The notes under the pieces: model-generated
The model's input: only the letters and a program-made list of their open reading frames with translations
What the model was told of the DNA's origin: nothing
Database searches by the model: none
Translations under genes and position numbers: made by a program
Shown: piece after piece, positions 36,185 through 48,625 of the stretch
Position numbering within the stretch: the stretch's first letter is position 1
Layout of the letters: the number at the start of each line of letters is the position of its first letter
Assembly: GCF_000315625.1 (NCBI RefSeq)
Contig: NW_005434645.1
Location: 481,925-545,924 of the forward strand
DNA: 64,000 bases
Direction of reading: 5' to 3'
Source of the DNA: Guillardia theta CCMP2712
Taxonomy: Eukaryota > Protista > Cryptophyta

Positions 36185-37242
36185 TGTCGATTTTGTACGC
36201 GGTCTGTAAAACGTCAGGGTCGTTAAGGATTATGAAGATCAACGACTTCCCAAGGCTGTGAACCCCCTTTTGACAGATCAGTAGGCGAGAAATGAGCAGA
36301 GAGCAATAGTTCCTAGCTATGAAAGTCTCGACTAAGAGTCTAGTAAACTCAAATAATCATATCAAGATCAAGTGGTGGGTCCTAGCACTCACCACCAATA
36401 GGCTTCCCTTGTGAGTTATTGCGTGCTATGAGATCAACATCTGTTTCATCAAGCTGCTCTCACAATGCTACCTTCCTGGTGGTCTCATGGCCAAGTGGAT
36501 TTTCTCGAGCTTGCATCACCACCCTCACACTACTGACATCAGATCCCTGTACCATCTTCATCCATTCTCTTCTTCCTCTGCTCATTCCATGTATCTTCCT
36601 CAGCTATTCTCCTCCTTGCCCTCCTCCTCCTGCTCTCCTTCATCGTTCGCCATATCCCCAATCATCGCCGGTCGCATCTACGTAAGAACATGACATAACT
36701 TTTACTCAACGTGGATCCAGCTCCATTCCTTCACTACCCCTGTACACGGAATAAACGAAGGGGTGGGGTGGATGTTCCAAAGGAAGAGAGAGAACGCACG
36801 GGCAGGACGAGCAAATGCTGATGATGATGGCGGAGGAGGAGAAGGAGGATAGATGAATACGGTGCATGAAGATGATGAAGAGGATGAGTATGATAGGTGA
36901 ATGGGGTGAAACCAAAACAGAAAAGATAATGACAAGGTTTGGATTAGGAAAATAAGGAGCAACAGACGAGTTAGTGGACGGTAGAAGAGGACGATAGAAG
37001 AAAAGGATGAAAGTTGATAGGAGAGGGTGAAAGAATCTCTGAACTGTCGAAACTTATTGTAGCGGGAATAGACATTTACCAAAGGGCACACGATACCATA
37101 GAAGACTCAGTGAAGAAGTGGGCGATCTGATCTGCGGCTGACTGTATAGACCTGCAGTCGTCCGTTTTCTCATCTAGGAAGAGGCTTTAGTGCTTCCCTC
37201 GCCTATCCACCTCAAGGGAGGCAGCAAGTGGATCTGGAAGCG

Positions 37243-39660
37243 ATGAGGGCGCTGTTAGGAAGCTTTCCGAGTCTTCCACTCCTCCTCGTCTTCGTGCTCG
37301 CATCGCCTTTGGCAGAGTCTCAAGGCTCAGGGAAGAAGCCCTCAAGCTTCACGGTACCTGACTTATGCACTTGGCGCCGGGTGCTAACTTGCGTTAGCCT
37401 CTGTTCAAAGAGGGCGAGGAAGTTGACGTGTACGTCTACACCAGCATGTCCCAGTACCTTGCACATGGCGACGGCGCGATCTTCAACAAAGAGCTCAATC
37501 CTGACCAGCCCATCTTTCACAACACCTCCTCCTTCGGCTGGCAGATCTCTAAGGGCCCCTTTACCATCAACGTGACGGTCTGCCTGCCTCCCCCCTTCTG
37601 CTACAGGTGGGAGTGACTGCTAGCTCCAGGTGCCCGAGGCTGTGAAGAGGAATCAGAGCTTGTTCTACGCTCACGTCTTCTTCTGCAAGAAAGGGATCTC
37701 CCCGAACCCCTTCGATCCCAACAACCAGCAAGACAGGCAGTACAGTGAGTGGCGATGGCATGCCTGGTGTCGGCTGAGGTGGGCGGGTTTGACTCTGCCT
37801 TGCAGACATGAAGGTGTTGTGGAGGGTCATACCTCTTTCTCGCTGGATCCCTGAGATCTACGAGCCAGCCAAGTACAACCTCCTCTTCGGCTTGCCTCCT
37901 CCTCCTCCCAACAAGACAGAGGCAAGACACAGAGTCTAGGTCGGAGACCGATGGCTCACGCTGTTGGCAGGAGAAGAAAGTCCTTCCGTACTGGAGTCCG
38001 CGCCTGGCGATCTTTGTCGTCACCGACACGAACTCTTACCCCAGCATGTCGGAGGAATATATCAGCCCCTTTCTCCTCTACTCCTTGCAGCAAACGGAGG
38101 TAAGGATGAACCTCTCTCTCCCTATCTTGGCTGTGCCCAAATTCTCACACTGTCCCGCAATGCTCTTGTCCTGATGAATCTTTGCTCTGCTGATTCGATG
38201 CTTGTAATCAGCTTTTTATTTCCAGGGGATTGACAACAGGAGGAAGCAATACGCACCTCTCCTTCATATCGATGAGCTTGGAACCTTGTCAAAAGACCTT
38301 CTCAAGATCAATGACACTGTGACCCAGCTTCCTCTTTCGGTTCGTTCCTCCTGCTCCCCGTGCCCGTGCTCTTGCTCTTGCTCTTGCTCTTGCTCTTGCT
38401 CTTGCTCTTGCTCTTGCTCTTGCTCCTCTAAATTTCTCTGATCTCCTCATGCTGCAGATTAGCTTGCAACCTTTGGGCATCACCAGGTTCGTGTGGATGC
38501 TCAAGGTTGGTGGGAGGGCAAGGATCTCGAGTACGCGAGCTAATCGTGTCACAGATGGAACACAGTGTTCAGATGCACAAGGAGATAGGAACTCCCGAGA
38601 AAGAGATGGAAGAAGTACGAAGGCATGCATCATGAGAGGGATAGAGGAGGGGGGACTGACTGGGTGGAGCAGGATGTTCGTTGAAACTAACTCCTGGCTA
38701 CTTGTCACCACCATCGTCGTCTCCTTCCTCCATCTCTTGTTCGACATCCTCGCATTCAAGAACGACATCAACTTCTGGCGAGGGCTTCAGTCTACCAAAG
38801 GAATCTCCGTTCGCTCCATCGGTACTTCTCCCTTCCTTCCACCACGCAGCCGATAACGCTCGCCGTCAGCTGTCTCCTCCATCATGGAACTTGTCGTGTT
38901 TCTGTACCTCCTTGACAACGACACGTCTTACCTCGTTCTCTTCACGGTTGGCGGCGGGCTGCTCGTCAACGTCTGGAAGGTTCCCCGTCCTCAACCTCGG
39001 CAGCCTCCCGTGCTCTGACTCGCTGCAGCTCATCAAGGCATGGTCTCTCATGCGAGGCCGAGGAAGCGACAAGGAGGCGGAGGACTTGCGAGCAGAGCAG
39101 GTGAAGCAGCAAGGAGACGGGGCATGCTCGTCCTGACTCCCTGCACAGGCGATCTCACGCCATATCGACTACATCGCATCCGCCTACCTCCTCAACATCC
39201 TCGGCCCGCCCATCGTCGGATACGCTGTCTACAGTCTGGTGTATGAGGACCAGAGGGGCTGGTACAGCTGGGCGCTCCAGAGCGGGGTGAACGTTGTGTA
39301 TGCTGTAGGTAGGGGGCTGCTGCCTCCTGTTCTTAGACGCCTGAGATTCAATGCAGGCTTCATGATGATGACGCCGCAGCTCTTCCTCAACTACAAGTAC
39401 AAGAGTGTCGAACACCTTCCTTGGAGAGCGCTCATATATCGTGCTCTGAATACTTTCATTGACGACCTGTTCGCATTCGTCATCACCATGCCAGGGCTTC
39501 ACAGGTACGATCCCTCTCTTGCGCTATCTTTCTTCGTTTTCACAGTGATGTCAGGATGTCTGTCTTTCGAGACGACATTGTCTTCTTCATCTACCTCTAT
39601 CAGCGTTGGATCTACCGCAAGCGAAGGCCTGCCTCGGAGACCTCCATGCACGAGCTCTAG
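37243..39660 (+). CDS. CLPTM1: CLPTM1-family membrane protein
   Basis: ETNSWLL, FDILAFKNDINFW, FMMMTPQLFLNYKYKSVEHLPWRALIYRALNTFIDDLFAFVITMP..HR..FRDDIVFFIYLYQRWIY. Confidence 0.9.
38369..38424. repeat. (CTCTTG)n intronic microsatellite
   Basis: Direct reading; source of the spurious (RA)n ORF. Confidence 0.9.
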
Positions 39661-40062
39661 ACTCTGGGACGGCCCTAATTCGGATCATCATAGCTGTGAA
39701 GTTCTTGATGCATTGCGATATGAGTAGCGTTCTTGACGAAAGCCTCCTTCTCTCCTACCGCACTCTGAGCCTTGTCTTGACCGCACTGTCTGGTCTTTGA
39801 GTGCCAAACCTACCTCAAGCTGCCAGATGAACCCATCAGTAGCAAGCTGACGACGAGCCGCGCTTCCCGAGGCCCTCAAGGTAGCGAAGCCCAGGCTTGC
39901 TCCATGCACTGAGGCGCACTCACTGGCTGGGGTCTCAAACCCACTGCCAGGCAGATGCATCAAGCTTGAAGATTCCTCAAGTCTAGAATTAGTCTCAGAA
40001 CCCTCCTCTCGGACCTTGCTGTTGTCGACAATCCTACCAAGAGTCTCCGAGTCCCGGCCCTA

Positions 40063-41614
40063 TTGTTCTACTTTGTAGAAATGGCGAGATCTGCAGCGGA
40101 TAAATCGAGAAAACAGGAGAAGAGCATTCTGAAGCTGAACAGAAAAACGTCCAGCAACTGGTTTGAAAGTCAGGTGTATGCAAACCTGCCTGCTATCATA
40201 GTCGAGATGTTGATGTTTCTCAACTTGAAGAATCCTCAGCACCTCGATCATATCAACAGAGCAGAGTATCGACGCGCGATCAACTCCACGCTAGTGATGG
40301 GAAGTTCAGGAAGCCTTGAAGGTATACCAGAAGAAAGCTGCACCTTCAAGGGAAAGTTCAAGCTCAAGTTCGACCTTTACTTTCGAGCTCGATCCAACTC
40401 CTCCAACTCCTCGAGAGTTTCTTTGAGAGATGTGCTGAGAAGCTTGGTAGACTCGGAAGATGCCGACGACGGAGTCCCCCAGGTCATAGCGCTACATTCA
40501 TACGACGACGACAAGGTCGCTGACGCCAGAGACGAGCTCGAAGGTCTCTTGCTCTCCGAGAACGCTCTCATCCATTTCGAGATCACAGAAGAACCGTCTT
40601 GTATGGTACGAAAGCTGTGGCAGCTTGAGGTAGGTTTGGCACTCAAAGCCCAGACAGTGTGGTCAACACAAGGCTCAGAGTGCGGTGACAGCAAGCTGCT
40701 GGCAATGGGCATAATAGTCGGAGGAGAGAAGGAGGCTTTCGTCAAGAACGCTACTCATATCGCAAGGCGCTGGAAATCTGCTAGGGAGGCTGACATCTTG
40801 TTGGCGAAGAGCGGAGTACCAGTCTTCTTTTGTTACGCTGCGCCTCAAAGCGTCCACAGCATGTTCAACAGTTTGAGGATGGACCTCAAGGTACTTGAGC
40901 ATATCCCTCTGCTCCTCGAATCTCTCTGTGACAGTGACTCCCGCGGCTTGTAGGAGCTTCGTGAGGACAACGAGGACAAACACATGGTCTGTAGAGGGTG
41001 TTGACTCACCGTTGCAGAATCCGACTGAAAGAGGAGTTGCAGGCGCACCAAAAGGAGATCCAGGCTCTTAAGGAGAACATGGACGGGCTCAAGCAGACTG
41101 TGCAGACAGTCGAGCGCAAGATGGACGAAGGGTTCTCGGTGTGTGTTGGACTCTAGCGAGGCGAGAGGGAACTGACTGACTTGCGATGTAGGAGCACCAA
41201 AAGGAGATCCAGGCTCTTAAGGAGAACATGGACGGGCTCAAGGAGAACATGGACGGGCTCAAGGAGACTGTGCAGACAGTCGAGCGCAAGATGGACGAAG
41301 GGTTCTCGGTGTGTGTTGGACTCTAGCGAGGCGAGAGGGAACTGACTGACTTGCGATGTAGGAGCACCAAAAGGAGATCCAGGCTCTTAAGGAGAACATG
41401 GACGGGCTCAAGGAGAACATGGACGGGCTCAAGCAGACTGTGGACGGGCTCAAGCAGACTGTGCAGACAGTCGAGCGCAAGATGGACGAAGGGTTCTCGG
41501 TGTGTATCAGGGCCCTGAGAGGGGTGTCACTGTACTGAGAATAATTGCCGTGCACAGATGATCAATCGACTCCTGAGAGATGTTTCAAATCTCACCTCCT
41601 CGCGACCAATCTGA
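40063..41614 (+). CDS. Gene A copy 1: putative PD-(D/E)XK-fold protein with repeated coiled-coil exons
   Basis: Long exon with FE..V, FDLYF, FEIT, KLWQLE; then spliced exons (A/E)HQKEIQALK(ENMDGLK)n..TVQTVERKMDEGFS; 5' end uncertain. Confidence 0.6.
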
Positions 41615-42066
41615 AGCTATTGTAGAACAATATTACTTAGTCAGCCTTTCTCTCAGTCTTCTGTGCATTTCTAGCTTTCTTTTGCATCTAAGAACATTTC
41701 TAATTTCCCATCACTGATGTCGTCTTCGCTCCGCTCATGGGGATGTCTGGTCGTTTCAATGCGTGTAGAGGAAGCGCAGGTCCTTGCAGCTCCCCGCCGC
41801 CTTGCAGCCTTTTGGCGGCCTGGATCCGCTGGAGGAAGTCCGCGACCTTGATCAACCTCTTCCTCAGGCAGGATGTGGAGGGGAATATTTTCAGGCTATA
41901 AGTCTCAGTTTCCGATTTCGTAGCGGTTTAATTAAACACACAATAGTGGAAGCACACGAAGGTTGAAGAAGGGATATGCCATGGCATTGCTTCTTACGGG
42001 GCCTCTTATGAGGGACGTGGGGCTCAGCGTCGCCACATGTTTGTTTCGTGACAACTTACTGTCCGG

Positions 42067-43073
42067 TCAGTGAGGACACAGACGACTGGATAGCCCTCTG
42101 ACCAGGGCTTCCTCGACTGCCAGCGCCTCCTTGATCTCAAGGATACACTGGTTGCGCTGGATCTTGGCGGTGAGAGTCTCCACGGTCTCCGGTTTCTCCG
42201 GGGCCTTCCTCTTCCCAACAAGCGGCTTCGATCCGTTGGTGCGCTCGGTCTGAAGGCTCGTTAGTTGTTCTTGCAAGGTCGCCAGTCTCTGTTGAGCCTT
42301 GGCGATCTCACTCTGCTTGGCTTCGATCTTCTCATCAATGGACTTGGCCGCTGTCGGCGTGCGCGTCTTGCCCTCGATCTTGTTCTTTCGCATTTCGGCG
42401 AATCCGTCTATCGATCCCTGCAGAGCTTTTGTGTCCATTTTCGTAACGGCTGTGAGGCGCTTGGCCGCGTTGCCAGTAATGGTACCATCGGGTGCAACGT
42501 CACCAGGATTGGTGACGCGTGCTGCCGCGATGATCACGGGGTGGTAGAAGAACGCGGCAATGCGCTCCCTCTCCTTGAGCTCTGCATCAGTCGGTGCGGA
42601 CTTGCCCTCGTCGTTGGACTTCTTGACCTTTTTTCACCGCCGCGGAAGGGGGGGCCAGCACCCAGTTCGGGGTCTACAGCGGGTTCGACGACACTCCCTT
42701 CTGTTCGCACAAGTGGGTCTTCTGCACGGAGACGAGCCGCAACCTGACGACGGGCGCCTACAACCGCCAGTGCTTCGGGACGGTGAGCAAGGCCAACTGG
42801 ACCGACCCCCTGACGCGCTTCGACTCCTGCAAGAGCGCCATCCTCAACGACGCCCCGAGCAGCTCCACCATGATCCCCATCCGCATCTGCACGCTCGACT
42901 CGACGATGAACGAGCTCTGCATCAAGGTCGCGGACTTCCTCCAGCGGATCCAGGCCGCCAAAAGGCTGCAAGGCGGCGGGGAGCTGCAAGGACCTGCGCT
43001 TCCTCTACACGCATTGAAACGACCAGACATCCCCATGAGCGGAGCGAAGACGACATCAGTGATGGGAAATTAG
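42067..43073. pseudogene. Back-to-back headless coding fragments B1 (-, 42067-~42628) and B2 (+, ~42630-43073), copy 1
   Basis: Two divergent coding-like frames with no room for promoters or 5' ends; repeated at 46155-47161 and, inverted, at 54968-55976. Confidence 0.5.
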
Positions 43074-43158
43074 AAATGTTCTTAGATGCAAAAGAAAGCT
43101 AGAAATGCACAGAAGACTGAGAGAAAGGCTGACTAAGTAATATTGTTCTACAATAGCT

Positions 43159-44707
43159 TCAGATTGGTCGCGAGGAGGTGAGATTTGAAACATCTCTCAG
43201 GAGTCGATTGATCATCTGTGCACGGCAATTATTCTCAGTACAGTGACACCCCTCTCAGGGCCCTGATACACACCGAGAACCCTTCGTCCATCTTGCGCTC
43301 GACTGTCTGCACAGTCTGCTTGAGCCCGTCCACAGTCTGCTTGAGCCCGTCCATGTTCTCCTTGAGCCCGTCCATGTTCTCCTTAAGAGCATGGATCTCC
43401 TTTTGGTGCTCCTACATCGCAAGTCAGTCAGTTCCCTCTCGCCTCGCTAGAGTCCAACACACACCGAGAACCATTCGTCCATCTTGCGCTCGACTGTAAG
43501 CACAGTCTCCTTGAGCCCGTCCATGTTCTCNNNNNNNNNNNNNNNNNNNNNNNNNNNNNNNNNNNNNNNNNNNNNNNNNNNNNNNNNNNNNNNNNNNNNN
43601 NNNNNNNNNNNNNNNNNNNNNNNNNNNNNNNNNNNNNNNNNNNNNNNNNNNNNNNNNNNNNNNNNNNNNNNNNNNNNNNNNNNNNNNNNNNNNNNNNNNN
43701 NNNNNNNNNNNNNNNNNNNNNNNNNNNNNNNNNNNNNNNNNNNNNNNNNNNNNNNNTGCAACGGTGAGTCAACACCCTCTACAGACCATGTGTTTGTCCT
43801 CGTTGTCCTCACGAAGCTCCTACAAGCCGCGGGAGTCACTGTCACAGAGAGATTCGAGGAGCAGAGGGATATGCTCAAGTACCTTGAGGTCCATCCTCAA
43901 ACCGTTGAACATGCTGTGGACGCTTTGAGGCGCAGCGTAACAAAAGAAGACTGGTACTCCGCTCTTCGCCAACAAGATGTCAGCCTCCCTAGCAGATTTC
44001 CAGCGCCTTGCGATATGAGTAGCGTTCTTGACGAAAGCCTCCTTCTCTCCTCCGACTATTATGCCCATTGCCAGCAGCTTGCTGTCACCGCACTCTGAGC
44101 CTTGTGTTGACCACACTTGGTCTTTGAGTGCCAAACCTACCTCAAGCTGCCACAGCTTTCGTACCATACAAGACGGTTCTTCTGTGATCTCGAAATGGAT
44201 GAGAGCGTTCTCGGAGAGCAAGAGACCTTCGAGCTCGTCTCTGGCGTCAGCGACCTTGTCGTCGTCGTATGAATGTAGCGCTATGACCTGGGGGACTCCG
44301 TCGTCGGCATCTTCCGAGTCTACCAAGCTTCTCAGCACATCTCTCAAAGAAACTCTCGAGGAGTTGGAGGAGTTGGATCGAGCTCGAAAGTAAAGGTCGA
44401 ACTTGAGCTTGAACTTTTCCTTGAAGGTGCAGCTTTCTTCTGGTATACCTTCAAGGCTTCCTGAACTTCCCATCACTAGCGTGGAGTTGATCGCGCGTCG
44501 ATACTCTGCTCTGTTGATATGATCGAGGTGCTGAGGATTCTTCAAGTTGAGAAACATCAACATCTCGACTATGATAGCAGGCAGGTTTGCATACACCTGA
44601 CTTTCAAACCAGTTGCTGGACGTTTTTCTGTTCAGCTTCCGAATGCTCTTCTCCTGTTTTCTCGATTTATCCGCTGCAGATCTCGCCATTTCTACAAAGT
44701 AGAACAA
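43159..44707 (-). CDS. Gene A copy 2 (contains N gap)
   Basis: Reverse complement of copy 1. Confidence 0.6.
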
Positions 44708-44911
44708 TAGGGCCGGGACTCGGAGACTGTGGCACCGCCCGATCATAGCGTGACTCAGCAAGGANNNNNNNNNNNNNNNNNNNNNNNNNNNNNNNNNNNN
44801 NNNNNNNNNNNNNNNNNNNNNNNNNNNNNNNNNNNNNNNNNNNNNNNNNNNNNNNNNNNNNNNNNNNNNNNNNNNNNNNNNNNNNNNNNNNNNNNNNNNN
44901 NNNNNNNNNNC

Positions 44912-45700
44912 ACTCAGAGTCGGTGACAGCAAGCTGCTGGCAATGGGCATAATAGTCGGAGGAGAGAAGGAGGCTTTCGTCAAGAACGCTACTCATATCG
45001 CAAGGCGCTGGAAATCTGCTAGGGAGGCTGACATCTTGTTGGCGAAGAGCGGAGTACCAGTCTTCTTTTGCAGCATGTTCAACGGTTTGAGGATGGACCT
45101 CAAGGTACTTGAGCATATCCCTCTGCTCCTCGAATCTCTCTGTGACAGTGACTCCCGCGGCTTGTAGGAGCTTCGTGAGGACAACGAGGACAAACACATG
45201 GTCTGTAGAGGGTGTTGACTCACCGTTGCAGAATCCGACTGAAAGAGGAGTTGCAGGCGCACCAAAAGGAGATCCAGGCTCTTAAGGAGAACATGGACGG
45301 GCTCAAGGAGAACATGGACGGGCTCAAGGAGACTGTGCAGACAGTCGAGCGCAAGATGGACGAAGGCTTCTCGGTGTGTGTTGGACTCTAGCGAGGCGAG
45401 AGGGAACTGACTGACTTGCGATGTAGGAGCACCAAAAGGAGATCCAGGCTCTTAAGGAGAACATGGACGGGCTCAAGGAGAACATGGACGGGCTCAAGGA
45501 GACTGTGGACGGGCTCAAGCAGACTGTGGACGGGCTCAAGCAGACTGTGCAGACAGTCGAGCGCAAGATGGACGAAGGGTTCTCGGTGTGTATCAGGGCC
45601 CTGAGAGGGGTGTCACTGTACTGAGAATAATTGCCGTGCACAGATGATCAATCGACTCCTGAGAGATGTTTCAAATCTCACCTCCTCGCGACCAATCTGA
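44912..45700 (+). pseudogene. Gene A copy 3 (3' part only, 24-nt in-frame deletion)
   Basis: Begins at gap; reads FFCSMFN instead of FFCYAAPQSVHSMFN. Confidence 0.6.
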
Positions 45701-46154
45701 AGCTATTGTAGAACAATATTACTTAGTCAGCCTTTCTCTCAGTCTTCTGTGCATTTCTAGCTTTCTTTTGCATCTAAGAACATTTCTAATTTCCCATCAC
45801 TGATGTCGTCTTCGCTCCGCTCATGGGGATGTCTGGTCGTTTCAATGCGTGTAGAGGAAGCGCAGGTCCTTGCAGCTCCCCGCTGCCTTGCAGCCTTTCC
45901 TCATGCCCACGGTGGATACAAGGCTGGACACCGTGATGATCAACCTCTTCCTCAGGCAGGATGTGGAGGGGAATATTTTCAGGCTATAAGTCTCAGTTTC
46001 CGATTTCGTAGCGGTTTAATTAAACACACAATAGTAGAAGCACACGAAGGTGGAAGAAGGGATATGCCATGGCATTGCTTCTTACGGGGCCTCTTATGAG
46101 GGACGTGGGGCTCAGCGTCGCCACATGTTTGTTTCGTGACAACTTACTGTCCGG

Positions 46155-47161
46155 TCAGTGAGGACACAGACGACTGGATAGCCCTCTGACCAGGGCTTCC
46201 TCGACTGCCAGCGCCTCCTTGATCTCAAGGATACACTGGTTGCGCTGGATCTTGGCGGTGAGAGTCTCCACGGTCTCCGGTTTCTCCGGGGCCTTCCTCT
46301 TCCCAACAACCGGCTTCGATCCGTTGGTGCGCTCGGTCTGAAGGCTCGTTAGTTGTTCTTGCAAGGTCGCCAGTCTCTGTTGAGCCTTGGCGATCTCACT
46401 CTGCTTGGCTTCGATCTTCTCATCAATGGACTTGGCCGCTGTCGGCGTGCGCGTCTTGCCCTCGATCTTGTTCTTTCGCATTTCGGCGAATCCGTCTATC
46501 GATCCCTGCAGAGCTTTTGTGTCCATTTTCGTAACGGCTGTGAGGCGCTTGGCCGCGTTGCCAGTAATGGTACCATCGGGTGCAACGTCACCAGGATTGG
46601 TGACGCGTGCTGCCGCGATGATCACGGGGTGGTAGAAGAACGCGGCAATGCGCTCCCTCTCCTTGAGCTCTGCATCAGTCGGTGCGGACTTGCCCTCGTC
46701 GTTGGACTTCTTGACCTTTTTTCACCGCCGCGGAAGGGGGGGCCAGCACCCAGTTCGGGGTCTACAGCGGGTTCGACGACACTCCCTTCTGTTCGCACAA
46801 GTGGGTCTTCTGCACGGAGACGAGCCGCAACCTGACGACGGGCGCCTACAACCGCCAGTGCTTCGGGACGGTGAGCAAGGCCAACTGGACCGACCCCCTG
46901 ACGCGCTTCGACTCCTGCAAGAGCGCCATCCTCAACGACGCCCCGAGCAGCTCCACCATGATCCCCATCCGCATCTGCACGCTCGACTCGACGATGAACG
47001 AGCTCTGCATCAAGGTCGCGGACTTCCTCCAGCGGATCCAGGCCGCCAAAAGGCTGCAAGGCGGCGGGGAGCTGCAAGGACCTGCGCTTCCTCTACACGC
47101 ATTGAAACGACCAGACATCCCCATGAGCGGAGCGAAGACGACATCAGTGATGGGAAATTAG
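46155..47161. pseudogene. B1/B2 fragment pair, copy 2
   Basis: Near-identical to 42067-43073. Confidence 0.5.
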
Positions 47162-47246
47162 AAATGTTCTTAGATGCAAAAGAAAGCTAGAAATGCACAG
47201 AAGACTGAGAGAAAGGCTGACTAAGTAATATTGTTCTACAATAGCT

Positions 47247-48625
47247 TCAGATTGGTCGCGAGGAGGTGAGATTTGAAACATCTCTCAGGAGTCGATTGAT
47301 CATCTGTGCACGGCAATTATTCTCAGTACAGTGACACCCCTCTCAGGGCCCTGATACACACCGAGAACCCTTCGTCCATCTTGCGCTCGACTGTCTGCAC
47401 AGTCTGCTTGAGCCCGTCCACAGTCTGCTTGAGCCCGTCCATGTTCTCCTTGAGCCCGTCCATGTTCTCCTTAAGAGCCTGGATTTCCTTTTGGTGCTCC
47501 TACATCGCAAGTCAGTCAGTTCCCTCTCGCCTCGCTAGAGTCCAACACACACCGAGAACCCTTCGTCCATCTTGCGCTCGACTGTCTGCACAGTCTGCTT
47601 GAGCCCGTCCATGTTCTCCTTAAGAGCCTGGATCTCCTTTTGGTGCGCCTGCAACTCCTCTTTCAGTCGGATTCTGCAACGGTGAGTCAACACCCTCTAC
47701 AGACCATGTGTTTGTCCTCGTTGTCCTCACGAAGCTCCTACAAGCCGCGGGAGTCACTGTCACAGAGAGATTCGAGGAGCAGAGGGATATGCTCAAGTAC
47801 CTTGAGGTCCATCCTCAAACCGTTGAACATGCTGTGGACGCTTTGAGGCGCAGCGTAACAAAAGAAGACTGGTACTCCGCTCTTCGCCAACAAGATGTCA
47901 GCCTCCCTAGCAGATTTCCAGCGCCTTGCGATATGAGTAGCGTTCTTGACGAAAGCCTCCTTCTCTCCTCCGACTATTATGCCCATTGCCAGCAGCTTGC
48001 TGTCACCGCACTCTGAGCCTTGTGTTGACCACACTTGGTCTTTGAGTGCCAAACCTACCTCAAGCTGCCACAGCTTTCGTACCATACAAGACGGTTCTTC
48101 TGTGATCTCGAAATGGATGAGAGCGTTCTCGGAGAGCAAGAGACCTTCGAGCTCGTCTCTGGCGTCAGCGACCTTGTCGTCGTCGTATGAATGTAGCGCT
48201 ATGACCTGGGGGACTCCGTCGTCGGCATCTTCCGAGTCTACCAAGCTTCTCAGCACATCTCTCAAAGAAACTCTCGAGGAGTTGGAGGAGTTGGATCGAG
48301 CTCGAAAGTAAAGGTCGAACTTGAGCTTGAACTTTCCCTTGAAGGTGCAGCTTTCTTCTGGTATACCTTCAAGGCTTCCTGAACTTCCCATCACTAGCGT
48401 GGAGTTGATCGCGCGTCGATACTCTGCTCTGTTGATATGATCGAGGTGCTGAGGATTCTTCAAGTTGAGAAACATCAACATCTCGACTATGATAGCAGGC
48501 AGGTTTGCATACACCTGACTTTCAAACCAGTTGCTGGACGTTTTTCTGTTCAGCTTCCGAATGCTCTTCTCCTGTTTTCTCGATTTATCCGCTGCAGATC
48601 TCGCCATTTCTACAAAGTAGAACAA
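47247..48625 (-). CDS. Gene A copy 4
   Basis: ORF 47738-48625 plus two coiled-coil exons and terminal exon. Confidence 0.6.

Noticed and set aside
41043-41560. Repeat-spacer array
   Set aside because: Explained by duplicated coding exons and identical introns.
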